Part shown: in pieces, positions 6,979-16,522 of the stretch | How the letters are laid out: each line of letters begins with the position of its first letter | How positions within the stretch are numbered: position 1 is the stretch's first letter | Assembly: GCA_016783505.1 (NCBI GenBank) | Contig: JADHWK010000017.1 | Span: forward strand, 1-43,607 | DNA from: Candidatus Zhuqueibacterota bacterium | GTDB taxonomy: Bacteria > BS750m-G25 | Reading direction: 5' to 3' | Length of the DNA stretch: 43,607 bases | The notes under the pieces: generated by a model | Seen by the model: the letters and a program-made list of their open reading frames with translations, nothing else | Database searches by the model: none | Told to the model about the DNA's origin: nothing | Made by a program: the position numbers and the translations under genes

Positions 6979-9324
6979 TTACTTCTTCCTCGCATACATT
7001 CCCGAATAGTAATTAATACTGAACTGGATTTGCTCCAGGTCGTATTCATTGAAGGCCTCGGGAAATTTTTCCATGGAGAACATAAGCACCGTTAGCCCAT
7101 CCACCAGATAGGAGTCAGCAATCTTAACCTTGGCGATCCCCTTTTCGATCTCGTCTCGATACTCCTGTTCCTTTTTAAACCCCTCCCTGAAAAATAGCTC
7201 AATGCTGTTCAGCCGTTCCTGGCCTGCCCTGAGGAACAGCTCCTTCACCCTCCTTGTCTCGGGGTCAGGACAGTCCAGTTCGGTTACCTCGTTTAAGAAC
7301 TTCTGGAAATATTCCCCGGCCTCATAGACCTCGGGGCTGATCTCATAGGAGACCCTGGGCTTGGTGAAAAGAAAGCGGCGCTTGTAGATAACCTTGGTCT
7401 GGTTCATCCCCTCCACGAACAGGTCGTTCCCCTTGGCGTAGTCTGCTTCGGCGGCGAGGAAGGCGGCCATCAGCCCCAACGGACCGGTGCCCACCGCCAG
7501 GCCCTTGATCTTCTCGGGAAACTCCTCCTTGGCCAGTTCCCCCCGAATGTTCTTCAGGATACGCTCCGCCTTCTCTACCCAACCCGCTTCCGCCGGTTGG
7601 TTGCGGGCCACTTCCAGATATTTGTTCAACTGGGCGATGGCCCGCTCCTTATCATCCCCAGCGAAGGTGTAGATGAGAGCCAGGTTGTAATGGGAATCGG
7701 CGTCCCGGGGATCGAGGGCGATGGCCTTTTGATACTCCTCAGCGGCCTTTTCGGGCATCTTAAGTTGGCTGTAGATGTAGGCCAATGAAAAATGATAATA
7801 AGGGATCACCGGGTTAAGTTCTGCTGCTCGCTGATATTCAGCCATCGCCTCCTCGAGCCTCTTCTTCTGCGCGTAGGCATACCCCAGGGAAAAATGATAG
7901 TGGGGGCTCTCGGGGCTGAGGTCAATGGCCTGCTGAAATTCTGAGATAGCCTCGTCCAATTTTCCGCTCTTGCTGTAGACATCCGCAAGGGAATAGTGAT
8001 ACAGGGCCTCCCCAGGGGAGAGGGCCACCGCTTTTTGGTAGGCCGCTTCTGCCTCGTCCAATTTTCCCTGCTGCATACTAGCATAGCCCAGGTTAGCGTA
8101 GGCTTTTCCCAACTGAGCATAGCCTAAATAGTACTCCTCCACGCCCCGTTCCTGCCATAGGACAATGGCCTTTCGATACTCAGAGGCGGCTCTCCCGAAA
8201 TTGCTCAACTGGTAGTTGTAAATGTCCCCCAGGGTGAGATAGGCGTTGCCATCGGCCGGGTCTATTTCCGTCACCCTCCGATACTCAGCGATGGCCTCCT
8301 CCAGCCGACCCCTGCGGTGGTAAATGCTGCCCAGGTTACGGTGGGCGGCGGTCAGGTTGGGGTCAATCCGCAAAGCCTGTTTATATTCTTGGATCACCCT
8401 ATCAAATTGTTTTTTTCTAACGTAGGTCAAGGCTAAAGTGAAATGGAGCTCGGCGTCCGGCGGACCTATTTCAACGGCCCCCTCCAGCTCCTCAGCAGCC
8501 AGATCATCATCCCCCTTATAGAAATAAAGGAGACCCAGTCCGTAATGAACCGTATAATCCTCTCCGGCTGCGCCTAAGGCCTGTTGATAGAGATCAACGG
8601 CAGCCCGGTATAACCCCTCGTTAAAATAAAAACTCCCACCATACAGATCACCCCCGGGATGATAATATTCCCCCAGGGGAACGACCCGCTTCAGCTCTTC
8701 TAAAGCCCCGGCATACCTTCCCCTGATGGCATAGATCAGTGCCAGGTTCAGATGGGCGTCCTTATTCCCGGGATCGCTCCTCAGCACAGCCTGACATTCT
8801 TCAGCCGCCCGCTCGATCTGATCCCCTTCCCGGTACAAAGACAACAGATCGTTGAAGATGCCTGAGCTGAAGCCATGGGTTAATGCCGATTTGTAGACCC
8901 TCACCGCCTTTTCAATTTCACCCGTTTTTTGATAGATCCTCCCCAACTCCCGATATTGATCCGGGAATTCGGGGTTTAACTTTAACGCCATTTCCAGCTC
9001 ATCGGTAGCGCCGGTTAAATTCCCTTGTTTTAGGTAAAGTTTGCCCAGGTAATAATGGGCAGCATGGTAGTCCGGGTCCAGGGCCACCGCCTTCTGGAGG
9101 AACTCGACGGCCTGACCGGGATTGGAACCCTTCACCCTGTTCGCCTTCACCAGCCACCCGTAGGCTTCCTCCGAGGTCGTCCCCTGCTCATTCAGTCCCA
9201 TGATCCGGGGCCCTTGAGGCCCCTCATTCCCTGAAACAGTAAAGATAATTAAAAGCAAAAAGAAAACCGACAACAAGGCAAGGGATAAACTTACCTTTTT
9301 TGGGGGACTACTCAATGCTTTCAT
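6979..9324 (-). CDS. TPR-repeat protein (781 aa) with N-terminal signal/TM anchor and an uncharacterised ~200-aa C-terminal domain
   Basis: N-terminal hydrophobic stretch (LSLALLSVFFLLLIIFTV). More than 12 consecutive TPR-like 34-aa repeats (AxxYxxLGxxYxxxGxxxEA pattern). The C-terminal 200 aa have no recognisable motif. Confidence 0.85.
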   Translation of the reverse strand: MKALSSPPKKVSLSLALLSVFFLLLIIFTVSGNEGPQGPRIMGLNEQGTTSEEAYGWLVKANRVKGSNPGQAVEFLQKAVALDPDYHAAHYYLGKLYLKQGNLTGATDELEMALKLNPEFPDQYRELGRIYQKTGEIEKAVRVYKSALTHGFSSGIFNDLLSLYREGDQIERAAEECQAVLRSDPGNKDAHLNLALIYAIRGRYAGALEELKRVVPLGEYYHPGGDLYGGSFYFNEGLYRAAVDLYQQALGAAGEDYTVHYGLGLLYFYKGDDDLAAEELEGAVEIGPPDAELHFTLALTYVRKKQFDRVIQEYKQALRIDPNLTAAHRNLGSIYHRRGRLEEAIAEYRRVTEIDPADGNAYLTLGDIYNYQLSNFGRAASEYRKAIVLWQERGVEEYYLGYAQLGKAYANLGYASMQQGKLDEAEAAYQKAVALSPGEALYHYSLADVYSKSGKLDEAISEFQQAIDLSPESPHYHFSLGYAYAQKKRLEEAMAEYQRAAELNPVIPYYHFSLAYIYSQLKMPEKAAEEYQKAIALDPRDADSHYNLALIYTFAGDDKERAIAQLNKYLEVARNQPAEAGWVEKAERILKNIRGELAKEEFPEKIKGLAVGTGPLGLMAAFLAAEADYAKGNDLFVEGMNQTKVIYKRRFLFTKPRVSYEISPEVYEAGEYFQKFLNEVTELDCPDPETRRVKELFLRAGQERLNSIELFFREGFKKEQEYRDEIEKGIAKVKIADSYLVDGLTVLMFSMEKFPEAFNEYDLEQIQFSINYYSGMYARKK

Positions 9325-9579
9325 GGTTTCTCTCCTTATTAGTTACCCCAAAATCACCTTTTCAAAAAATTCGGCGGAGGTAATAATCTGGGTGCCTTAA
9401 CGGTGATTAAACAAACTGTTAACTTCACATATATAATTTAATCATTCAAAAACAGAATATCAAGGTTTTTTTTATCCCAATTTAGCCTGAAGGCTGGTGA
9501 CTTGCAATGGGCGACCGGGGAGTTTCAATTTGACCTCTCGGATATCTTGTTTTTTATTTTAGATTTGAAATTGGGGGGG

Positions 9580-10191
9580 TTATAACTTCCTCAGCAGTCC
9601 CACCACCTTCCCGGCGATCCGGAAGCCGGGGGTGTCTCGTTCCACCACGATGGGCCCGTAGGCGGGATTGGCCGGTTGTAGCCTCACCCGGCCGTTTTCG
9701 GGATAGAAATACTTGACCGTGGCTTCGTCCCCGATGATGGCCACCACAATGTCTCCCTTATCAGCCGTATCCTGGAGCCGGGCGAAGACCACATCCCCAT
9801 CGAAGATACCAGCGTCCCTCATGCTATCCCCCTTGACCTTCAGGGCAAAGGTATCCCGGATTTTAAAATAGGTGCTGTCTACCCGAATGGTTCCCTCCAC
9901 ATGTTCAATGGCTAAAATGGGCTCCCCAGCCGCCACCCGACCGATGATGGGCACCTCCCCGTCATCCCTGAACACCCAATCCGAAAGTTCAATCCCCCGG
10001 GAAAGCTGACTTCGGCGTTTGATATAACCCTTCTTCTCTAAGGCCAGTAATACCTGCCGCACCCCGTTGGTTGACCGGATACCGAATTCCTCCCCGATCT
10101 CTCGGATGGTGGGGGGATAACCCCGCCCCTGGATTTCAGATTTAATAAAAGCCAAAATCCCAGCCTGTTTTTCCGTCAATTTCCTGCGCAT
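9580..10191 (-). CDS. lexA: LexA repressor
   Basis: 203-aa ORF with an N-terminal winged-HTH (TIREIGEEFGIRSTNGVRQVLLALEKKGYI), an Ala-Gly cleavage site (VAAGEPI) and the S24 peptidase Ser/Lys dyad (GDSM...K). Confidence 0.9.
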   Translation of the reverse strand: MRRKLTEKQAGILAFIKSEIQGRGYPPTIREIGEEFGIRSTNGVRQVLLALEKKGYIKRRSQLSRGIELSDWVFRDDGEVPIIGRVAAGEPILAIEHVEGTIRVDSTYFKIRDTFALKVKGDSMRDAGIFDGDVVFARLQDTADKGDIVVAIIGDEATVKYFYPENGRVRLQPANPAYGPIVVERDTPGFRIAGKVVGLLRKL

Positions 10192-10287
10192 CTTTACCTC
10201 CTATGCGTAAAATGACCCGTTTAATTGGTTAAAATCTTGAATCATTATTGCCGAGAATCATCTATCCACTTACATCCATAATATACT

Positions 10288-10299
10288 GAACAAATGTTC
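10288..10299. promoter_or_regulatory. LexA operator (GAACAAATGTTC) upstream of lexA (autoregulation)
   Basis: Perfect GAAC-N4-GTTC palindrome about 97 nt upstream of the lexA start. Confidence 0.6.
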
Positions 10300-10671
10300 A
10301 AAAGTCAAGAGAAAAAATAAGAAACCTGGGGGGGTCAGTAAAAACCTCCCCACCTTTATGCCGTAATCCCGTAGAGCTCTTCGGACAAATTCATTCCGCC
10401 CCAGAAAAATCTTGTAGATTAGTTCTGGAGAACTGCATTTTCTGCTTGGATAAATGAATTCGTATGAGTATATTGATCCCTAAAAAACTACGAGGATCCA
10501 TGGCACCGGAAACCTATCGATCAGGCGTCCAACTGATTAGGAAAGACTTAAAGATTCCAAAGAGGTAACCGTCCTCAGAAGAAGGATGGTTTAGTTCTTC
10601 TTCGAGCACCAACAAAGACGCCCCACTAAAAATGGGGCGGTCTCACCCGACGAGGTCATTTTAGAACACAA

Positions 10672-10708
10672 CTAAAAAACCCCTGGCCACCGCTGACCAG
10701 GGGTTTTG
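10672..10708. terminator. Bidirectional intrinsic terminator downstream of the MCP gene
   Basis: Stem CCCCTGG / CCAGGGG is flanked by an A-run on one side and a T-run on the other. This gives a hairpin followed by a U-run on both strands. Confidence 0.5.
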
Positions 10709-10743
10709 ATCTGACTAAACATTTCTATCGTCCCCTTCATTCA

Positions 10744-12450
10744 TCAAGGAACCACTTCGGTCTTTTCTGGGGTCTCTTTTTCAACAGCCTCACCTTGTTC
10801 AACGCCTTCCTCAGCAATGGTTTCCCCCTCAGATACAGGTCGTTCCGGCCTGCCAGTTTGGAATCGGTCAAGCAGGTTTTTCAGGTTACCGGTCAATCTC
10901 TTCAAGTCCTCAGCGGCCCGGGTAATGCTTTGGGCCCCCTGGGATGTCTGATTGACGGCTAAAGATATCCCCTCCAATCCCTTGTTAACGGTCTCTTGGA
11001 TATCCTCAGGAAGCTGATTGTCCTGTTCGATGGCCCGGATGGTCTCGGTCAGTTTATCCACTTCGGTCCGCAATTCCTGGATTGCTCCCCCCATCTTCTT
11101 TGCCAGATCCGTCTCATTATTGACCTCCTCATTCCCCTCCGCCACCGACCCCTGGGTTCCCTTTATCTCCTCGTCAATCTCGTTTAGGACGACCACCAGG
11201 TCTTTGGATACGTTCCCGACCCGTTCAGTCATCTTTTTGATCTCGTCGGTAACCACCACGAACCCCCCACCCCGCTCGCCGATGCGGGCCGCTTCAACGG
11301 CCGCAGTCAGGGCCAGTTGGTTAGCCTGAATAATGATGTCATTAATACTGTCAATAGCGGCATGGATCTTCTCAGCGTTGCGGTTGAAATTCTCCGACAT
11401 CTGGCTGAACACCCCGAACAGATGGACAAGATGGTCAATACCCCGGGACAACTGGGCGGCCAACAGATCCCCCCGTTCGCCGATCTCGCCCGCCCGGCGG
11501 GCAGTAACGCTGGCACTGGCCGCCCGCTGCTGGGTCTGGTTGATGGTCTCAGAAAGGTTTTCCACCTGATCAGCCACCTGCCTGGCCTGAGTATTCTGCT
11601 CTTCATAACCCGAGACCAGTCGGGAGCTTTCTACCGCCAGATTATCGGCTGTCTGAATGACCATCTCCGAGGAGCCGCCCATCTGGGAAATCACATTCTT
11701 TAGATTCACAGAAACGTCGCTTAACGCCTGAACCAGGGGAGCCAACGCCTCCCCCTGTCCCGGAGGAAACTCCACCGTTAAATCACCACCCTTCAGCGCA
11801 TTCAGCCTCTCTAAGATTCCCGGAAGTTCCTCCTCCAGAACCCCTTTTAGCTCCTGAACATCCTTCTCAGAAGCTTCATACTCCTTTAATTTGGTCTCCA
11901 ATTCTTCCACGGTACCCCGAAGCTCCTCCGAAATCCGACCCTTCTCTTCCATCTCTTTCTGGAGGGTCTCCTTCTCGGTTAACGCTTCATCCCTGGTTTT
12001 TACCGCCTCCGTCAGGGCATCCTTGGCCGATTTTTGCTGATCCTTGATCTCGTCCATTTCCCGGCGAATACTCACGACCATCTGGTTAAAGGTCGCCTCC
12101 AAGTCGCCGATCTCATCCCCGGAAACCACCCCCAGTTCGGCGCCCATATCCCCACTGGCCACCCGCTCCCCCGCCCTCTTCAATTCAACCAAGGGCGCAC
12201 CGATCTTCTTAGCCACCATCATCAAGGCTACGAAGAGAAAGACAACCCCCAATCCCACCAAGACACCTTGAAAAACTACCTCGATCCCGGCGGACACAGA
12301 AAAGCCGATCAGCCCGGAAATTACTATAATAGGTAGAAATAAAGCCAATACTTTAATGGTTATCTTCCGCTTAAAAAGCATCCACAACAGACCGGAGATA
12401 ACCAACGTCCCCAGGATCACCCCCCCCGACATAAGTAAAGATTTCATCAC
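10744..12450 (-). CDS. methyl-accepting chemotaxis protein (two N-terminal TM helices, short periplasmic loop, HAMP, MCP signalling domain)
   Basis: 568 aa with two N-terminal hydrophobic helices and a HAMP-like segment (LVELKRAGERVASGDMG...IGDLEATFNQMV). The highly conserved MCP hairpin tip is present (QANQLALTAAVEAARIGERGGGFVVVTDEIKKM). Confidence 0.85.
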   Translation of the reverse strand: MMKSLLMSGGVILGTLVISGLLWMLFKRKITIKVLALFLPIIVISGLIGFSVSAGIEVVFQGVLVGLGVVFLFVALMMVAKKIGAPLVELKRAGERVASGDMGAELGVVSGDEIGDLEATFNQMVVSIRREMDEIKDQQKSAKDALTEAVKTRDEALTEKETLQKEMEEKGRISEELRGTVEELETKLKEYEASEKDVQELKGVLEEELPGILERLNALKGGDLTVEFPPGQGEALAPLVQALSDVSVNLKNVISQMGGSSEMVIQTADNLAVESSRLVSGYEEQNTQARQVADQVENLSETINQTQQRAASASVTARRAGEIGERGDLLAAQLSRGIDHLVHLFGVFSQMSENFNRNAEKIHAAIDSINDIIIQANQLALTAAVEAARIGERGGGFVVVTDEIKKMTERVGNVSKDLVVVLNEIDEEIKGTQGSVAEGNEEVNNETDLAKKMGGAIQELRTEVDKLTETIRAIEQDNQLPEDIQETVNKGLEGISLAVNQTSQGAQSITRAAEDLKRLTGNLKNLLDRFQTGRPERPVSEGETIAEEGVEQGEAVEKETPEKTEVVP

Positions 12451-12564
12451 CGATAATCCCCCTTTCTAATAGAAAATTTGTTTTGTAGCTTAATATAAAT
12501 AAACATTACATAAAAGTCAAGAAATTTCTTAAAAACAATCCATTAAAAACAATATATAATTAAT

Positions 12565-14067
12565 TTATTCTAAATACGACACGTTTAGCCAACGCGCCGC
12601 CCTGACTTCATCCAATCTTTTCATCGGGGTAGTATGGGGGGCGTTATGCACCACCTCGGGGCGTCTTTCGGCCTCCCCGGCAATCTGCTCCATGGCTTGG
12701 ATAAAATGATCCAACGATTCTTTACCCTCGGTTTCAGTGGGCTCAATCATCAGGGCTTCGGGGACGATGAGGGGAAAATATACCGTGGGGGCATGAACAT
12801 CAAAATCTAAGAGGCGCTTGGCCACATCCAAAGCCTTCACCCCCATTTCCTTCTGTTTCACCGCTGAAAGCACAAATTCGTGCATGCAGGGTCCTGGATA
12901 GGGTAGATGGTAACAGGACTTAAGTTTTTCCATCACATAGTTAGCGTTGATGAGGGCATTTTCGGCCACCCTTTTTAGTCCCTTACCCCCTAACATTTTG
13001 ATGTAAACATAAGCCTTGACCAACACCCCAAAGTTGCCGAAAAAGCTGTGCATGCGACCGATGGAGTTTGGAAGTTCATAATCTAGATAATACCGGGATG
13101 CAGGACTTCTATTCATTTCTTCCGAAATTCCTGGCCTGGCGGGCTTGGATCTGGGCTCTAAAGTTCGCTGCTTTATGAGGGGAACCGGTAAGAATTCCGC
13201 CAGATGTTCCTTTACCCCAACGGGACCGCTTCCCGGTCCCCCACCGCCGTGGGGGGTTGAAAAAGTCTTGTGGAGGTTAAAGTGTACCACGTCGAACCCC
13301 ATATCCCCGGGTCGGACGATACCCATCAGGGCGTTGAGATTGGCCCCATCCATGTAAAGCAAGGCCCCGGCGTCGTGGACAACCCGGGCCACTTCCAGTA
13401 TCTGGGTCTCAAATAAGCCCAGGGTGTTCGGATTGGTGATCATAAAAGCGGCCACATCCTCGTCCATAACGCCCCTTAGGGCATCGAGGTCCACCAAACC
13501 CTGAGGGTTGGACTTTATCTCTACCCCCTCATAGCCGGCAAGATGGATGCTGGCCGGGTTGGTGCCGTGGGCCGAATCAGTAATGATAACCTTCCTTCTC
13601 GGATTTCCCCTCAATTTATGATAAGCCCGCATGACGAGAAGACCGGTCAGCTCCCCGTGGGCGCCGGCGGCCGGCTGCAGGGTTACCCTGTCCATGCCTC
13701 CGATTTCACAGAGATCCCGCCCCAGTTCATCCATCAAACGCAACGCCCCTTGAACGGTTTCCTCGTCCTGAAAAGGATGGATGTGGGTGAAGCAGAACCA
13801 TGAGGCGATTTCCTCATTGACCTTGGGATTATACTTCATCGTGCAGGAACCCAGGGGGTAAAAACCCTTATCCACGTGGTGATTCATTGAGGAAAGGTTT
13901 ATAAAATGCCGGATGACCTCGGGTTCTGATACTTCTAGTAGCCCTAAGTCCTTATTCCGCAGGAAATGCGCTGGGATAAGTCCATCCCTCTCCGGAATGT
14001 CCAAAGGGGGAAGCGAATAGCCCTTTTTCCCTTTTTTGCTGATCTCAAAGATTAATTTTTCAGGCAT
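12565..14067 (-). CDS. gcvPB: glycine dehydrogenase (decarboxylating) subunit 2
   Basis: 500-aa ORF with the PLP-binding region [17 protein letters not shown] characteristic of GcvPB. Confidence 0.9.
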   Translation of the reverse strand: MPEKLIFEISKKGKKGYSLPPLDIPERDGLIPAHFLRNKDLGLLEVSEPEVIRHFINLSSMNHHVDKGFYPLGSCTMKYNPKVNEEIASWFCFTHIHPFQDEETVQGALRLMDELGRDLCEIGGMDRVTLQPAAGAHGELTGLLVMRAYHKLRGNPRRKVIITDSAHGTNPASIHLAGYEGVEIKSNPQGLVDLDALRGVMDEDVAAFMITNPNTLGLFETQILEVARVVHDAGALLYMDGANLNALMGIVRPGDMGFDVVHFNLHKTFSTPHGGGGPGSGPVGVKEHLAEFLPVPLIKQRTLEPRSKPARPGISEEMNRSPASRYYLDYELPNSIGRMHSFFGNFGVLVKAYVYIKMLGGKGLKRVAENALINANYVMEKLKSCYHLPYPGPCMHEFVLSAVKQKEMGVKALDVAKRLLDFDVHAPTVYFPLIVPEALMIEPTETEGKESLDHFIQAMEQIAGEAERRPEVVHNAPHTTPMKRLDEVRAARWLNVSYLE

Positions 14068-14116
14068 CGGGACCTTACTAAATATCTCAAAATTTTTATG
14101 GCAATATCAGCTTAAT

Positions 14117-14422
14117 TCAGGCTTTCACCAGTTCCCAGAACTTTTTGGGCTTAAGGATTTTAACGCCCAGAAATTCCCCCAATCCAAGCAGATGTTTATC
14201 ACCAGTAACGAGGATCTAACCTATAAATTCTGATTTATCAACATGGGTGAATTTGAATTTGGGATATTCTATAACCTTTTTAATTTCTTGCAGAATCTTC
14301 GGGGTTATATAAATTTCAATTTCACTCTGCAAACATTTCAGGAATATTTTATGGGGAACACCCCGCCAACCCAGAGCAGAGATTAAAACATTCGTATCCA
14401 AGACTACCTTCTTCTTGCCCAT
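14117..14422 (-). pseudogene. vapC: PIN-domain toxin (VapC-like) interrupted by an in-frame TAG
   Basis: The N-terminal part reads MGKKKVVLDTNVLISAL... (the PIN DTN motif). The ORF stops at TAG (14216-14218). The same frame continues ILVTGDKHLLGLGEFLGVKILKPKKFWELVKA, which is the PIN C-terminal xVTGDKxLL motif. The stop sits where a conserved Tyr (TAY) is expected, so a single-nucleotide nonsense mutation is inferred. Confidence 0.6.
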
Positions 14423-14673
14423 TTTATAGCCTTATCAACATCCTTAGGGGTAATACCCTCATTTTTAAATTTCCTCCTTACTTTTTCAGAAAGGCTTCTA
14501 AATCTCTCATCAAGCGACGGCTTTCTAATTTTTCTTATTATTATGAAATCACCCCCACTAGAAACCAACAGATTGTCGTTTGGTTTCAAATGTAAATTTT
14601 CTTTTATCTCTTGAGGAAGCTCAAATTCCTTTTGGCTGTCAATAGTTAATATCCTTTCCATAACAACCTCCAT
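14404..14673 (-). CDS. vapB: AbrB/SpoVT/MazE-type antitoxin (VapB-like)
   Basis: 89 aa. The N-terminus resembles a swapped-hairpin beta-barrel (ILTIDSQKEFELPQEIKENLHLKPNDNLLVSSGGDFIIIRK). It overlaps the downstream PIN gene start by 19 nt, which is typical toxin-antitoxin coupling. Confidence 0.6.
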   Translation of the reverse strand: MEVVMERILTIDSQKEFELPQEIKENLHLKPNDNLLVSSGGDFIIIRKIRKPSLDERFRSLSEKVRRKFKNEGITPKDVDKAIKWARRR

Positions 14674-14754
14674 AAAATTAAACCATCTAGAAAATTTAAT
14701 CAGAAATTTAAATCATGGAGAATCCTTAGAATACATTCAATACTTCACCTATCT

Positions 14755-16098
14755 CTATCCGTAAGAATTCCTGAGTGCTTTCACAAATCGATCCATTTCG
14801 TCTTTGGTCCTCTTCTCAGTAACCGCTACCAAAAGGCAATCGTTCAACCCATAATCAAAGCGACCGAGGTCAATGCCGGCAAATATCTCTTTCCCCCTCA
14901 ACTGACGGATCAAATCTCCAGGGGAAAGGGGAACTTGGAGGACGAATTCTTTGAAAAAAGGTCTGGGGATTCTGAGTTTGAACCCCTTTAATTGGGCAAT
15001 CTCTTCTGCCAAATAATGGCTTTTTTGAAGACAAAGTTGGGCCACCCCCCTTATGCCCTCTTTTCCCATTAAGGACAGATAGACAGCAGCCGCCAAGGCG
15101 TTTAGGGCCTGGTTGGAGCAGATATTCGACGTCGCTCTTCCCCTACGGATATGTTGCTCCCGGGTCTGGAGGGTCATTACAAACCCCGGTTTCCCCTCCC
15201 TGTCCTGTGTGGCCCCGACGATGCGCCCCGGAAGGCGGCGGATCAGGCTTTCCTTAACAGCAAAGATGCCCAGGTAGGGCCCCCCGTAGGAGAGGGAATT
15301 TCCCAGACCCTGCCCTTCTGCAGTCACCACATCAGCCCCGTAGTCCCCGGGCGGCTTGAGAAGGCCCAATGAAATAGGGTCAACGGAAACCACATAAAGC
15401 GCCCCCGACCGATGGACGACCTTTTCAAGCTCCTCCACTTCTTCCAAACATCCCAAAAAATTGGGATGTTGCACCAGGACGGCAGCAGTCTGGTCATCTA
15501 CCGTTTCCCCTAACCGATCTTCATCGGTAGCACCCTCCTTCAGGTCTACCTCAACTAAGCTCAGTCCCAAACCCTGAAGACTGGTGCGGAGAACGGATCG
15601 GTAATGGGGATGGATCCCTTTAGAGATCACCACTTTCCGGCGACCGGTGTGGTGATAGGCCAGAAAGGCCGCCTCCGCCAGCGCCGTTGCCCCGTCATAA
15701 AGCGAGGCATTGGCCGCATCCATACCCATAAGGCGGCAGATTAAGCTCTGGTATTCGTAGATCGCCTGCAGGGTGCCCTGGCTGACCTCGGCCTGGTAGG
15801 GGGTATAGGCGGTGTAGAATTCAGGCCTGGAGGTTACAGCCCGCACCGCCGCCGGGATGAAATGATCGTAAGCACCCCCACCTAGAAAGGAGACAAATTC
15901 ATTAACGGTTTCGTTCAAACCGCTGATTTTAGCCAGGGATCTTGTTATTTCAACTTCGGATAATCCCCCTTTTATGTCCAGCTCCCGATTTAAACGGACA
16001 CTTTTGGGAATGGGAACCAGCAGATCCTCAAAACCTTGGACGCCGATCTCAGTCAACATATCCGCCCGATCCCGATCCGTATTGACGATAAAGGGCAT
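14755..16098 (-). CDS. gcvPA: glycine dehydrogenase (decarboxylating) subunit 1
   Basis: 447-aa ORF with GcvPA-type sequence (AYTPYQAEVSQG, PLP-dependent fold). It lies adjacent to gcvH and gcvPB. Confidence 0.9.
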   Translation of the reverse strand: MPFIVNTDRDRADMLTEIGVQGFEDLLVPIPKSVRLNRELDIKGGLSEVEITRSLAKISGLNETVNEFVSFLGGGAYDHFIPAAVRAVTSRPEFYTAYTPYQAEVSQGTLQAIYEYQSLICRLMGMDAANASLYDGATALAEAAFLAYHHTGRRKVVISKGIHPHYRSVLRTSLQGLGLSLVEVDLKEGATDEDRLGETVDDQTAAVLVQHPNFLGCLEEVEELEKVVHRSGALYVVSVDPISLGLLKPPGDYGADVVTAEGQGLGNSLSYGGPYLGIFAVKESLIRRLPGRIVGATQDREGKPGFVMTLQTREQHIRRGRATSNICSNQALNALAAAVYLSLMGKEGIRGVAQLCLQKSHYLAEEIAQLKGFKLRIPRPFFKEFVLQVPLSPGDLIRQLRGKEIFAGIDLGRFDYGLNDCLLVAVTEKRTKDEMDRFVKALRNSYG

Positions 16099-16126
16099 AA
16101 ATACCTTTGATAATCAATATTCCATT

Positions 16127-16504
16127 TTAACCGATCAGCTTTTTATAGTCCCCGGGGGAGAGGAGGTCGTCCTTCTCCCCTGGGTTGGAATTTTTTATCT
16201 TTATCATCCAGCCTTCCCCGTAGGGGTCTTGGTTTACCTTTTCGGGCGTCCCGTCCAGCTCCCTGTTCACTTCAACCACCTCCCCGGACATAGGGGCAAG
16301 CAGATCGGCCACAGTTTTTACCGCCTCGATGGTGCCGAAGCTCTTCCCCTGTTCCACCACCGTCCCCACCCCGGGGAGCTCCACGAAAACAACGTCCCCC
16401 AGCTCTGATTGGGCGTAGTCGGTGAGGCCCACCGTGGTACTATCATCCTCAATCAAAGCCCATTCGTGGTCCTTTGTATAAAGTAAATGATTGGGAACAT
16501 TCAT
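16127..16504 (-). CDS. gcvH: glycine cleavage system H protein
   Basis: 125 aa with the lipoyl-lysine motif (ESVKTVADL-like: TIEAVKTVADLLAPMSGEV) and conserved HEWALIEDD N-terminal region. Confidence 0.9.
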   Translation of the reverse strand: MNVPNHLLYTKDHEWALIEDDSTTVGLTDYAQSELGDVVFVELPGVGTVVEQGKSFGTIEAVKTVADLLAPMSGEVVEVNRELDGTPEKVNQDPYGEGWMIKIKNSNPGEKDDLLSPGDYKKLIG

Positions 16505-16522
16505 CTTCTCCTCCCTTCTGAT

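Noticed and set aside
6837-7049. 70-aa minus-strand ORF between the TPR gene and the LexA box
   Set aside because: It overlaps the 3' end of the TPR gene in another frame and would sit on top of the LexA-controlled promoter. No motif.
11018-12336. Multiple 75-128-aa plus-strand ORFs antisense to the MCP gene
   Set aside because: These are shadow ORFs within a highly repetitive coiled-coil coding region. They are Ser/Pro/Arg-rich translations without motifs.
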